DNA of 62,988 nucleotides, filler included, from Polymyxa betae A26-41 (lineage: Eukaryota; Protista; Endomyxa: Phytomyxea): assembly GCA_003693705.1 (NCBI GenBank). It is 9 parts of 9 records of this genome, joined end to end, with 100 filler letters (N's around TTAATTAATTAA, not from the genome) between each part and the next. Parts side by side here need not be neighbours in the genome. Positions count along the whole stretch, not along the records: positions 46,782 to 52,349 come from RBZT01000302.1; positions 52,450 to 58,940 come from RBZT01000175.1; positions 59,041 to 62,988 come from RBZT01000940.1; 6 more parts are not named here. One strand, given 5' to 3'. The translations under genes were made by a program, and so were the position numbers. This document shows positions 51,501 through 62,988 of this stretch, piece after piece. Positions within the stretch are counted from its first letter, which is position 1; each line of letters opens with the position of its first letter. The notes below the pieces were generated by a model, which saw only the letters and a program-made list of their open reading frames with translations, had not been told where the DNA came from and searched no databases.

Positions 51501-52349
51501 CGTCTGGTGCAGAATGGAAGGAGCATATATTGAGGGAGCGTTGATCGCGTTGATGCAGCTGTTGGAGAGCTAACTCCAGATTTCTCCAGTTGATATCTGG
51601 GTTATTGGTCTGAAGCCATGGAATGCCTAAGATTATGGGATAGTGAGGGGAGTCGATAACACTGAAAGAAATCAGTTCTCGGTGATCGTCTTTCCACATT
51701 ATCATTGGGATCGTTTCATCGGTAATTGTAGCAATTTCTCTCCCGTCAATGGTTTGTGCAGTAACAGGAATGTTTTTCTTCACCAAAGGAATGCAGTTTT
51801 CGAAGACAACCTTTCGATCAATGCAGTTTGCAAAAGAACCGGAATCTATCAGAGCTTGTAGCTGGAAGGTACGAGAAAAGTTGGGAATTTTGAGTTGAAC
51901 TGCTGTAACCAGATCTTTACAGGAGTCGGATTTTGGTAATGTAGCACTTGTTTTATTGTGCCTTGACGCGGAGACCGACAGGTCCATCCGCGCCTGGTCT
52001 CGTTTCCCTGCTCTCGTGCCAGAAAAGGGCATGATATTGCAATATGGTCAGGATTACCACAGTAGAGGCAAAGGTTGCTGTCGCGACGACGCTAACGTTC
52101 TTCAGGGGTCAGAGGAGCGCGGGGCCTTGATACTGGAATAGCGGCATCTATTATCATGGGATCGGAGGTCGGAACGGAATTGCTGGGTGCTGTTCGCGGT
52201 AGGCTGTCGCTTTGTGAAGACAATCTGTTAGATCTGAGTTCGAATATGTGGTTATCAGCTTCGATAGCGTCTTGAATTGCAATTTCCAAGGTAGATGGCC
52301 TAGGTTTTGATAACAATAGATTTTTCACTTCGTCATTCAGGCCTTTGTG
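48563..52349 (-). mobile_element. Composite LTR retrotransposon: Ty3/Gypsy-type gag and protease joined to Ty1/Copia integrase, RT, RNase H, PPT and probable 3' LTR (48563-48714); degraded
   Basis: Gypsy side: DPMIIDAA, LTPEER, CLYCGNPDHIAISC, ALIDSGS, IILGIPWL..NPDINW. Copia side: LWHSRCGH, CEACILGK, DNGAEF, EQNGIAER, YKARLVVQGF, MDVVTAFL, LKSLYGLKQA, YADD, YCDSDWAG, ADFYTK. Confidence 0.9.
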
Positions 52350-52449
52350 NNNNNNNNNNNNNNNNNNNNNNNNNNNNNNNNNNNNNNNNNNNNTTAATTA
52401 ATTAANNNNNNNNNNNNNNNNNNNNNNNNNNNNNNNNNNNNNNNNNNNN
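52350..52449. other. Artificial contig linker
   Basis: N44-TTAATTAATTAA-N44. Confidence 0.98.
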
Positions 52450-52765
52450 GTTAGAGATGGTTGTGATGCTAGAGGAAGGAGGGATGTTAGATCGCACCCC
52501 GTGATATCATCCAGATCTTTCTCGATGAGGAGGTTGGCAATACGTTGGCGCCATTGTTGGAAGTTGGAGCCGTCGAATACGGGAACGAGGTGGCGTTCAA
52601 CAGTGGGTTCGCTCATTGGTGGAGCCTGGGACTCTTAATCTTTTAAGACGACGCCAAGCGAGGCCTGCGAGGGTAATGCTGTGAATAGGCGAAGTAGAGT
52701 CGTCGCGCATTTTATTTTAACGTCAAGTGCTCGAGTGTGTACAGTGCTGGTGTATCTAACTAACA
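52450..52765 (-). mobile_element. 5' end of a Ty1/Copia element: probable LTR and gag N-terminus
   Basis: VPVFDGSNFQQWRQRIANLLIEKDL is a Copia gag N-terminus; a TGTTAG-initiated segment lies upstream. Confidence 0.7.
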
Positions 52766-53379
52766 TAGGGAGTTCACGTTGAATCTAAACCCTAGAACCC
52801 TAAACCCTAAACTCAAAGACATTCCAACATTTATGAGTCATGAATCATGAACGAGGCTAAACTTCGAGGACACATTTTACTGTGCTGAAGTCATAATAGA
52901 ATCGGGTTTCAATAACCGTAATCGATTCTTGCGATTTTAGTAGGATTCTCGTACTCGAGCTAGAACCCTAACCCCTGTTCAAGCACGCAACATGTGAATA
53001 GATAAAAAATGTTGATGTTATGTAGTACTGTAATCCCAGCTGCCATGTTTGGAATCTTCTCTGGATTTCAGGCTGCCTGAAAGGAAAGACCATGTAAATT
53101 TTGGGTGCGGGTTTTGGTCAACCATTGTTCAGGGACGTCCCTAAAAGTGGTATTCAAAGAAAACGAATACGCAGTTGCTACACTTAAAAAAATCGTAAAA
53201 TTAATGGGGACATTCCTTGATGAGCTGGAAGACAAAAATGTAGAATGTTTATTATTAGGGTTCCGTTTCGATACTCGCAATTTGTACAGTATCCAAAAAC
53301 TTTTGTCTACGGTATTATACAAAATAAAAGACGCTGAACGTGTTTGGAAGCCTTTTTTGTAAAATCGGGATTTTTGCAT

Positions 53380-55522
53380 CGACCTTGCTACGTGTGCGAC
53401 CCCTCGCACAAATAAGCCCGTGTGCGACTGTATGTCGCACAACCCTTATCTGTGCGACCCACTCTCAATCTCTCTCTTACGATCTAAACAGTAGTAGCGC
53501 CTTTAGATGCTCTCAGGTCTGGGCAAACTTCTCCGGCTGGGCCGATGTGAGTCCCATTTTTCAGACACCACTCTCGGCTGCTCTGCTTCTACTTCGCCTA
53601 CACCCACAGCGCCATTGGAATGCATGTCCACCCCGAAAGCCCACCTACAACGGAGATCACTATAATCTGCATAATATCTACGAAGAAGTCGAAGACGATT
53701 GTGCGCCGATAATTTTCGATAAAGAAGACGAATTGCAATGGAATGGAAGCAAAACTATCCAAACTTTTTGTGAAGTCGAATCCATGACAATCGGCCGAGT
53801 ATTTGAATCCTTGAATAAGGCTCGACAGCATTGCGTATCTTTTGCTAAATGCCCTCTGAAACAGAAAAGCACTCAGAAATTGAAATACGATACCGTCCTT
53901 TGCTTTCGTAACGGTTTTCATGAGAAAAAAGATTGAATGGTTGCTGAAGAGTTTCAGCGTTCGAAAAAGTCTTTGAAGTGCGGCTGCCAGTTCTTTATCC
54001 GATTGCGTTGCCTCGACGACGAAAATAGCGAAAAAATCAGGGTGTACGAGATATCCAATTTAACACAACCATGAGCTGTTCAACGAAGCCGAGTTGGAAG
54101 CCCTACCTCACAATCAATTTATTCCTGAAGTTGTAGAGGAAAAGATGCTTGAGTTAAATGAGCATGGGGTCTTGACCTGCTCCCAGATTATGGTGTTAAT
54201 TGAACGGGAACACTTTCCTGAAACGATATGTCAGCCGAGCAGAGCTGCATTAAAAATCAGCATCAGAAGGGGAAGACATGCCTGACCCAAAAGGGTAACA
54301 TGTCCAAGTAGCGTAAAGATTCCGTCGAATACGATTTCATAAAAACAGATTACCGGTATCTGTTTGATTGGGGAAACTACTTCTGTCTGTCGACAGATGA
54401 GCGGGCTGCGCATCTGTCGACAGGTGGCGCGGCCTGCTGTCTGTCGACAGATATGCTCTGCGGCATCATCTGTCTCTCTCTCCCTCTCTCTCCTTCTCTC
54501 TGGTATATATCTGGCTCTGTCTGGTAGACGTTCGCACACTATGCCTCTTAGACTTCAATATGACTTTATTTGAAAAAATGGGCTAATGTACAATGACTGC
54601 TGAGTCGTGGTCGGTTCTTTTGAGCGTTGACAAATAGCTGTCGTCTGGTTCCTTATTGGGAACGGCACCAGAACGAACAGGCAGTAGTCTTTGACAGGCT
54701 AAAGAGTAGAGAGATGATTACAGAGTTGCCATCCATTTTTTTTGTAGAAGCGAAACCTGTCCGTCCATGTCAGCTAACAATTTTGAAACGCAGCAAGCAA
54801 TGCATGGAAATGATCGATCTGACTTGAAATTGCCACAGAACAAACGTGACGACAGTGGGTGTAAGTGCTCCGGAAAGAATCACAGTTGCATAAAGCTCGG
54901 AACCGCACCAGTGTTCGATGTCACCTTCCAGGTAGCGACGGTCTCATCGCTCACACCACNNTCCCAATTATTCTTGACAAAATCGCTATATGCGCGAAGT
55001 CCCTTGATTTTCAAGTTTGACCCATCTGCCCGGAAACTGCCCACCGTTTTCGCAGTGAAATATATTTGAAGTATGAGACACGCACACTTTCTCCCTATCA
55101 GAATTCAGCTTCTGAATGATGCTCACAGCACTTGAACAACTGGCATGGCACGACTGTAATTGTCGTTGCAGTGGTTTATTGATTGGATTTCATAAACTGC
55201 AGAATTCATTTTATTTATGAACGGATCACTAGGCTGTATAAACCCTATACAAAATTGAGTTATTATGGAATAACGCGACGGCAAGCAGCTGAGCGTAATT
55301 TTACATGCACCAGTGTAGAACTGATGACGTATAATGGTTTTTGTGTTAGCAAGATGATTCGCCGCCATTGCGAACCGACAGACAGCAGGCTGCGCCATCT
55401 GTCGACAGACAGAAGTAGTTTCCCGTTTGATTGTATTCTCCGAAGTATCGAGGGGATCGCACAGATAAGGGTTGTGCGACATACAGTCGCACACGGGCTT
55501 ATTTGTGCGAGGGGTCGCACCG
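53380..55522 (+). mobile_element. Mutator-like element with ~70-bp TIRs, 9-bp TSD and a FAR1-type transposase remnant
   Basis: TIR GTGCGACCCCTCGCACAAATAAGCCC... is inverted at 55455-55522; the left TIR has a 12-bp insertion. TSD TTTTTGCAT at 53371-53379 and 55523-55531. Protein remnant IGRVFESL...SLKCGCQFFIRL...HNHEL. Confidence 0.9.
54371..55424. mobile_element. Second MULE-like element nested inside the previous one
   Basis: TIR GGGAAACTACTTCTGTCTGTCGACAGATG at both ends. TSD GTTTGATTG at 54362-54370 and 55425-55433. Confidence 0.9.
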
Positions 55523-55664
55523 TTTTTGCATAATACCGGTACGATAGCATTTTGCAAAATACGATTTCAGCTCGGACCTAATATATTTTTGGGCTGCGAT
55601 TTTGTATATTACCTGCCGTTTGAGATATGGCTTTGTCTTCTCCCGGGGTCTTGAGGCTTCGGCA

Positions 55665-56220
55665 TCGATTACGATGACGACGATGTTGCTGACTTTCTTG
55701 TCCTAGCAGAATTATGGTAAGCCGCAGAATACCTTTGCAAGGAGCCCTGCCGAACGTCCATCATGATCGGCAACCTCTATATACAGGAGTTGCTGTCGCG
55801 TACGACCAACGAACGGCGCTTCTTGGCGTTATTCCGAATGAATCGTCTTACCTCCTTAATCTGAGAACTGCCATTTTTGCTAAAGAGTGCCTGATGCCAT
55901 CACGAATATTACTACCGAAGGACAGTTGGCTATTTTCCTGTGTATCGTCGGTCAAAATGCATCCAATAGAAGCTCCAAAAAGAGATTTCAGCATTCTGGT
56001 GAGAATATTAGCAGATACGTTTGGATTACATTCCGGTAGTAATAATAAATAATAAAGTGAGCAGACATTTTCATGCTGTTGTGAATTCTTTAGTGACAAT
56101 GGCTGGCGATTACGTCGATCGCTCCCCGGTTGCACAGCGCCCAGGAAATCAAGAGCAACAAAATTTTTTCCCATATTTCAAGGACTGTAATGGCGCTTTG
56201 GACGGGACCCCATATCCTAG
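55665..56220 (+). mobile_element. Truncated PIF/Harbinger transposase remnant
   Basis: YIQELL..RFLALFRM, QLAIFLYIVGQNASNR..RFQHSGE, SRHFHAVV, FFPYFKDCNGALDGT. Confidence 0.85.
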
Positions 56221-56994
56221 CGATTCCTCTTCAAGGTAATATTGTCGCCGGACCTCCAGTTTTACGGCCGGCTTAGCCTGCGCCTGAAAATGCCCTGCAT
56301 TTGACATGATTGTCGCAAAGAGAGCTACTGTACAATAGAAGATATTCGATGCGGACTATTAATTTGTGTGTTTTTATTCACAATGCATCCAAACGGTCTG
56401 AAATTTGTCAAAACGTGTTCTTTCTGTACAACAAAAACAGGAATTTTGCAAAATTCCTGAAGAAACGGATGTGGACTAAGAATTCATTCAAATAGATTAT
56501 AATATCACTTTTTGGCTGATATAACTGGTAATTATTGAAGTATGAACTATCGCATCAATTTCTGTGATGGACGTTTTTGGTGGATATAAAGAACTAATAG
56601 ACTATGTTTTCTTAATTAAATGACCGACAAACTAAATGAGATTATGAATAGAGTGTATTCTTCACCTGACACAGGATTAGTTTTGTAATGCCACAGAATG
56701 ACTACGAGAATATGAGACGAATACAGAGCGGAACTAGGCCGTGTATTGTTCAAAAGGAAGGATGAATAATAATGACAAAAGAATGATCTTAAAAGGTACA
56801 CTATAGCGATCGAAATATATGGGCTCGTCTGGACGCCACGGTATATTCTCAGCCTCAATAACCTGTATATCTTGATAAATTTCAAATATTGAGATATCTG
56901 TATTTATCTCAATAAAAGCGCAATAGTGCTCTGTCTGGGCAACCAACACCGTCGCTAATCTTAATTTACGTGTTCCGCCAATCTACGTGTTACG

Positions 56995-58280
56995 ATGACT
57001 CCGTCGTCGAAGAAACAGTTAGCACTTCATGATTTGCAACAGCGCCTGAGGCGTCAGGCCTTAATCAACAAACTTATAACATTTTATTGCTCCAATTATC
57101 TGCTAAAGCAACCGAAACCTGACTCTCGGCTGTCAGGTGCAATGTGGGTTATAGAACTTTTAAATGGCAACTCTGAGCGAATGATTGAGAATGTTCGGAT
57201 GGATCATGATGTTTTGGGGAAACTTGTGAAGGAGCTGGGCACAGAGGGTGGCCTGACCCCGACAGCAAACGTTTCGCAAGAAGAACAGGTAATGATATTT
57301 CTCGTGTTTGCCGGTCAAAGAGCAACCAGTAGGACTCTTCAAGAGCGCTTTCAGCACTCGGGTGAAACAATAGCCAGGTGAATGAACTGCTAATCATTTT
57401 GATATATTGAGTATGCTTATTACAAGTCATATAGGCATCTGTATGCAGTTGTAGACGCTATACTCAAGCTGGCTGGAAAGTACATCTCCATTCCTGAACC
57501 AGGATCTCCCTGTCCAGAGGAAATTGCCTCTAATCCTAAATTTGCCCCGTATTTCTCAAAGTGTCGTATGGCCACAGATGGAACCCATCTTCCTGTATGG
57601 GTTCCAGCCAGCAAATGCGATGCATTTAGAGGACATAAACGACTTACTCAGAACGTCCTTGCGTCCTGCTCGTTTGATTTACAGTTTACGTATGTTTTAG
57701 CAGGTTCGAAAGGAACAGCTGCCGATGGTAAGCTTATGGCAGATGCTCTTTCGAAAGACTATAGGGTGGATGAAGGCTTCTACGATTTAGGTGACGCCGG
57801 ATTCGCTTTAACCCCTTATATGTTGACCCCATATCGCGGTGTGAGATATCATTTGAACGAGTATGCTAAGGGTAGCAAAAAGTAGGTTGTTTATGGCTTT
57901 GCAAACATACATTTAATACGAGAGTAGACACCAAACGGAAGAGGAGCTATTCAATTTACGACATTCGAGTCTCAGGAGCGCTATAGAGCGAATATTTGGT
58001 ATTCTGAAAAAAACGGTTCCCTGTTCTAATCGCTCGAATGCAGTATCCTTATGAATTCCAAGTTTCATTGGTAATCGCATTATGCGTTTTGCATAACTTT
58101 ATTCGCAGGAACGGCGGCGAAAAAGACCACTACAACAGGCTTAGGGTAGACGGTAATCATCGTGAGCCATGCAGTGAAGGGATTCAAGAAGCTGCCGAAT
58201 CTGGTCAAGCAAAACCAATGCGAGACGATATCGCAACAAAAATGTGGATAGATTACAGTCGGTACATTAGTAGAAATTAA
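56995..58280 (+). mobile_element. PIF/Harbinger DDE transposase: 3 exons (56995-57377, 57435-57881, 57928-58280), one frameshift in an A8 run
   Basis: QERFQHSGETIAR|H, ATDGTH, LGDAGF, TPYRGVRYHL, ELFNLRHSSLRSAIERIFGILKK, LCVLHNFIR. Confidence 0.92.
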
Positions 58281-58610
58281 AAAGATTTCGAAATTTGGTC
58301 ACGTACCCAAAGCAATTGCAAATGCGGTTTCATACGTAGGAAAATCCTCGCCTTTGCCTCTTCTAATACAACATTGAAAGCTTGAACTTTTTCGAAATCA
58401 TCCAGGTCTAGGCCGTCAATAGCATCCACGGCGAGCTCGGATGCATTCTCCTTCGCCTGTTTTTCTCGGGAGATTCGGTTACTAGCTTTTCAAGAATTTC
58501 ATATCCCTGTTCGCTAATCCGATTCATCTGGTCCAATGAAGCTGCAAGTCTACTTGCTCCGTTTTCCCGAATTCGTTTTGGGCGAATTCGTTTTTCGCGG
58601 ATGTATAGCG
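58270..58610 (-). mobile_element. C-terminal remnant of the probable Harbinger Myb/SANT partner ORF, convergent with the transposase
   Basis: ASELAVDAI..LDDFEKVQAFNVV..AKARIFLRM..LQLLWV. The tail-to-tail arrangement is typical of two-ORF Harbingers. Confidence 0.55.
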
Positions 58611-58940
58611 CTACTTTGAGATCTCGATGTTAAGATTGCAATGATGAATGCAGAATGAATATATTAGATGGATACAAGCCCTTATATATCACTGAGATCG
58701 GAGGTTAGCTCGGAACTCGGAGAGATTCCGATTAACGGAGTTTATTCAGGTCCGATCGGAGGTAAATATTGACAAAGTCGCATAAAGGACCTGACAACAG
58801 AAGCCATATTATAATAACGAAAATTGGCTAGCATAGGAGCAACACTTGGAAATTGGTTCAAAATCAGTGTAACTTTGACAGGTGGGTCCGAGCATAAAGA
58901 ATACGAAAGATGGTAATAAACTCCAATACGAAGATCACAA

Positions 58941-59040
58941 NNNNNNNNNNNNNNNNNNNNNNNNNNNNNNNNNNNNNNNNNNNNTTAATTAATTAANNNN
59001 NNNNNNNNNNNNNNNNNNNNNNNNNNNNNNNNNNNNNNNN
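58941..59040. other. Artificial contig linker
   Basis: N44-TTAATTAATTAA-N44. Confidence 0.98.
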
Positions 59041-60232
59041 AACCGGTTGGAACTTGGCCCAGAGTAGGGTTCGATCAGGTCCTAAATCCAAGTCAATGGG
59101 AATGTGTGAAATCAGTAGAAAACACTCGACTTTCTGGGTCCTCATCTTGTTGCGTCGACAGAATCTCTTTATTGCCGAAACCGGTATCTGAATGACAGGC
59201 ATAACATGAGGGTTGTTGACGTTCAGCGCCATCGTTGACATGACAGAAACGTATCGAATTCACTTCGCTATAAGATCCATTGAAGATCTCGCCGAGGTGG
59301 AAGCGCGAGAGATTGCCATTCATCAACATGATAATGATTCCTGTAATTCTAGTTCACTTTGGTCGAGTAAAATCCGACGAGCACGAACCAGAATTGATGA
59401 AAAGAGCGACGAATAATTTCTCAGTAATAGCTTCACCTGCGAAAAAACGTGTTGTGCTTTTCGAACCTGACAAGTACGACAATCAATGTCTTCAGAAACA
59501 TGTTCACAACGATGATGGTAGCTGCTATTAGCGCTGTCAAAGCTAAGATATACAATTAGAGATTATTATCAAGTAAGAGAAATTATTAGCAAGTAAGAGA
59601 AATTGAGTACCTTCGAAATCGCCAGATTCGCTGCCCATTGCTAACAAAGATCTTTGTTGTCGAGAAGTTGCCGCGACAGCAACGACGCGCAATAGCAATC
59701 GACGCCAACTCCCCTCAGGGCATCATCTCGTATTGGCGCAGGAGCAGTATATAACCGCATCTGCTTTCATTTGTTTTTTTTAGAGGCCTGAACTGGAGTC
59801 GGGTGAAGCATTTAAGGATCGAGGATCCGCACAAGAAAGATAATCGTTAAAGAAACCAGCATGGTGACGACAGTGGCGAACGATGTTAACGCGACGACAT
59901 TGACGAGACGTGCCGGAGTACTTCAAATTGTGGATTAATATGTTCGACGGTTCTGTACAGGGAATATGTTATCCGACGATGAAGCAGTGTGTGATTCAAA
60001 CCGATTGCTGGATGCACCAGAATCCGTTTTCCCTAAAAATTCTAACGGTCGCTTCATGCAGAGACGACTCCAGCTACAGTCACATCAGTCATTGCAGAGG
60101 AACCATTCCCTTTAAAATATTAAAACTTACTGTTAAAGAATAGATGTTATTATCTAAATTCGACAGCAGGTACCTACACGGTCTTTTTCCTTACTTAGGT
60201 TATGTTTAATTTTTTTGATTTTTTTTTTTAGG

Positions 60233-60646
60233 TTAGTTTGTATAAAGATTTAGAGCAGGCAAGCNNNNNNNNNNNNNNNNNNNNNNNAGCAGGTAGCAAC
60301 GCCGGGCCGCCCGGGCGCACAACAAAGGCGCTCCCGCCAGAAGGCCGAGCAGCTCCCAGCTAAAAGCAAATGGGAAAACTACCACGGCCCGCCCAACGCG
60401 CCAGGCGTCATTGGCGAACAGCCAGGCGTTTTCGACGAACTGCCAAGCGCTCTGCCCAGCACGCCGGGATCTCTGGCCAGCGGCTTGCCCGAATGCAATC
60501 ACCTCGGCGAAGAGTGCTGATAATGCATCCATTTCATCGATTGTGGAGATGTCACAGTAGCTGGATATCGTTTCATGAGGGATCCCTGTCGCTCCTTCCA
60601 CGACAGAGAGGGCTGCTCTCACTGCTTCCAGTCTTTCAGCTGACAT
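60233..60646 (-). CDS. Hypothetical protein spanning a short N gap
   Basis: ATG-initiated, GC-elevated, Ala-rich ORF; no motif recognised. Confidence 0.35.
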   Translation of the reverse strand: MSAERLEAVRAALSVVEGATGIPHETISSYCDISTIDEMDALSALFAEVIAFGQAAGQRSRRAGQSAWQFVENAWLFANDAWRVGRAVVVFPFAFSWELLGLLAGAPLLCARAARRCYLXXXXXXXXXLPALNLYTN

Positions 60647-62629
60647 GTCTTAGATGGAACGGGATCACGACTCTGTGACGAGTATGGGCCCACGCGTTAC
60701 ATTCATCAATTTTTCAATGTATCCGAATTTATGATGAAAATACATTTCTTCAGGTAAAGTTCTGACGATCTCACTTCCTGTTTCCAAGAGCCGGTGCCCG
60801 ATACATCACAACATGCTGTGAAGCATTCAATGGCAGCTCCTCCTCCTACCAGTTATTCTATTGAAGGTCGCATCAGGTAAACGTACTCCGAATTCGTCAA
60901 CATGATATTCAGGGGTTGGAATGCTGGGGCTGGTCTAGCGGTCACTGCAACGATCCATTCACGAAGGTTTGCAATCAAGCATGAAAGAATTTATTCAGCG
61001 TTTCAAAGCCGAGGTGAACTGCGTCTTGACTCTTCAGAATTTCCTCGATCGGCTCGATTTAGAGAACGTTCGTGGTGATATCATCGCCATTCCAGTTCAA
61101 GAAACCCAACCCTAAGCCATCTGTACTGATGTCGCCTAACAGTTTTGAATCCGTTCGGATTTGCGCGCTATCAGCGCAGCGGCTTCGCCGGCAAAGATTT
61201 GAATCGCTCATTCAAGGGCGGGTCGTTTGTTGGCGAGGAGAGGCACAACGCTGATCGATTGCTGCAGATGCTGTCATCGTGCAAGTTTGGTGCAGCTCCT
61301 GCCGAATTTTCTATCGATTCATCATTCTAAATGAACTGATGAAAAAGTATGTGAGTTCATGCCAGGCTGCTATACGGCTGAAAGCGTGGCGATTCTTCAA
61401 TCGAAATATTCGACCGAACTAAGCAACATTCCCGAGGAACTTTTCTCTTTCGAAATAAGGGTCTTCAATCAAAAGCTCATCTCCGGATTTGAAAATCGCA
61501 CAGCTGCGAGCAAAGACAGCGCCTCGACATTCGCTTCTTCAACCTACCCGACGAAGCTCAACAATGGTTCGGCGTAAATCAGTCGAGCCTGATATGTCGT
61601 TTTCTGCTTCGTTTTCGCATGAATTCAAGCTCTGTTGATCCCAATTCCAACAATATTCGTTTTCATTCTGAATCGAAATCTGTCAACACAACTATCGATG
61701 TATCTCGAGGCGTCGATTGGGGGAGCTTCACACATCATCTAGCAGCAGTTCGAACGCTCCAAATGATGACCCTGAGATATTTGATCAGGCTCAGAAGCAG
61801 ACAAAGCTGAAAGCTCCATCTAGAACACGGTCGCTTCTTTCAAGGTTACTTCTATCGGATTCTGAAAAGCGTCGGGCTTCACAGGCTAAAGCTGTAGCTA
61901 CTTTTTCATTTTCAGTGAAATATCGTATTCATTGACTGTAACACAGAGTCCTTAAGGAGCTTGAGAAAAGAAATTCGGAATTTCTGCAGAGTGTTGAGGA
62001 GCTTGTTGCTTGGCAGAAAACAAGTTGCATAACGCATAACGTACTGTTATTGTTTGCTCTGTTGAGCCAGCAGTATTCCTGGAAGCCCTTGAGATAGCTC
62101 CGCTAGTTTTTAAAACACAGAAATTTGACATTAAATGAGCGAATCGCTGCCAATTCATCTGCATTCGAGTTAGAACCAATGACAGTTATTAATCACTCAT
62201 TGCATTTTATTATTGGATGCAGGTGCCTCAACCTGCATTTGATGAAACGATGCTGTTTTACAAATGCGTCCTGATACTGAAGCTGATCATGAATATGGTA
62301 CCTTTAACCTCAAAATTCAAGATTTTGCAAAAAGAGTGTTATCGTTTACTAATTTATGCGGTATCCTGCACGAACTGCATCAAGATAGGTCATGGAGTCA
62401 TCAACCTTCTCGACTGGAGATCTGGCTTGAACGACGACAGCATCAGAGCAATTTCGGTAATTTGAACAGACACAATTCTCATCAACCAAACAAAGATGTA
62501 TTTCAATTACGTTCTGGCCCAGTATGACAGCAACAATCACCAGAAAGATGAATGCATTGAGGTAAGTTAACCGCTGCCCAAATTCGTCATTCTACGTGGC
62601 ACCGATTCACATTAATAATACCATCAAGA

Positions 62630-62988
62630 TACGACTTGGCTTACCGATTCTGAGGCATTGGGGTTTCCGATGATAATGTCGCCGGATACGAATAGATCCA
62701 TAAAGCCATCGCACAGTGAACAAATACCGCCCATTTCATGATAGATACAGCATATTCGCCAAGTGTTTGATCCATCATAGGTGGATAGCGATACAAACGT
62801 AACAGAGCGATCTGGGAAAGGTTAAATATGAAACATTAGCTGGCATCAATAAATTAACGAACTAGTCAAATGCAATCCAATCCAGCTGGAATATGGCCAT
62901 ACCTTATCGAATACACGGGTAAACATGAGAGTCAATGAACAAGTGAATAGCATCAGAGAAATTCCGGAAGAGTACAAAACCGAGACGA
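62630..62988 (-). pseudogene. Fragment of a multi-pass membrane protein (TMC/OSCA-like C-terminal region)
   Basis: LYSSG..MLF...FDK|IALLRLYRYPP...WAVFVHCAMALWIYS, with an intron and frameshifts. Confidence 0.45.

Noticed and set aside
10815-59040. Regularly recurring TTAATTAATTAA flanked by Ns, and ORFs that run into it
   Set aside because: Artificial six-frame-stop contig linker of fixed length 100 bp; not biological.
59041-62560. Short ORF fragments in the last contig
   Set aside because: No recognisable motif or consistent splice model, so left unannotated apart from one low-confidence ORF.

Overview
Eukaryotic, intron-rich, transposon-rich DNA. It is nine separate contigs joined by an artificial 100-bp linker (N44-TTAATTAATTAA-N44), so adjacency across linkers is not biological evidence. 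The gene content (signal-peptide proteins with ankyrin, F-box or RING domains, short GT-AG introns) resembles the effector-rich compartment of a biotrophic protist such as a plasmodiophorid; this is inference only. Main content: (1) an intact 8-exon secreted protein ending in a degenerate RING plus a RING-H2; a secreted F-box+ankyrin gene; a helical-repeat+RING-H2 gene; a secreted NLS+ankyrin gene. Together they suggest a toolkit aimed at host ubiquitination. (2) A four-member family built from a repeated Cys/His module I do not recognise. (3) A tandem pair of type-I membrane protein genes. (4) A stand-alone GDAP2-like macrodomain gene, an intron-containing tRNA-Met and a tRNA-Leu(AAG). (5) Three Mutator-like elements with TIRs and 9-bp TSDs (one nested in another), pogo and PIF/Harbinger transposases, Copia remnants, and an in-frame Gypsy protease/Copia integrase junction. 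(6) Decayed copies of BUD13, a RAD5/16-like SNF2 helicase and a biotin carboxylase. Introns of several secreted-protein genes are strongly enriched in GTTAC/GTAAC. Many genes carry 1-bp frameshifts, from decay or sequencing error. All gene models were spliced by eye and no database searches were run.
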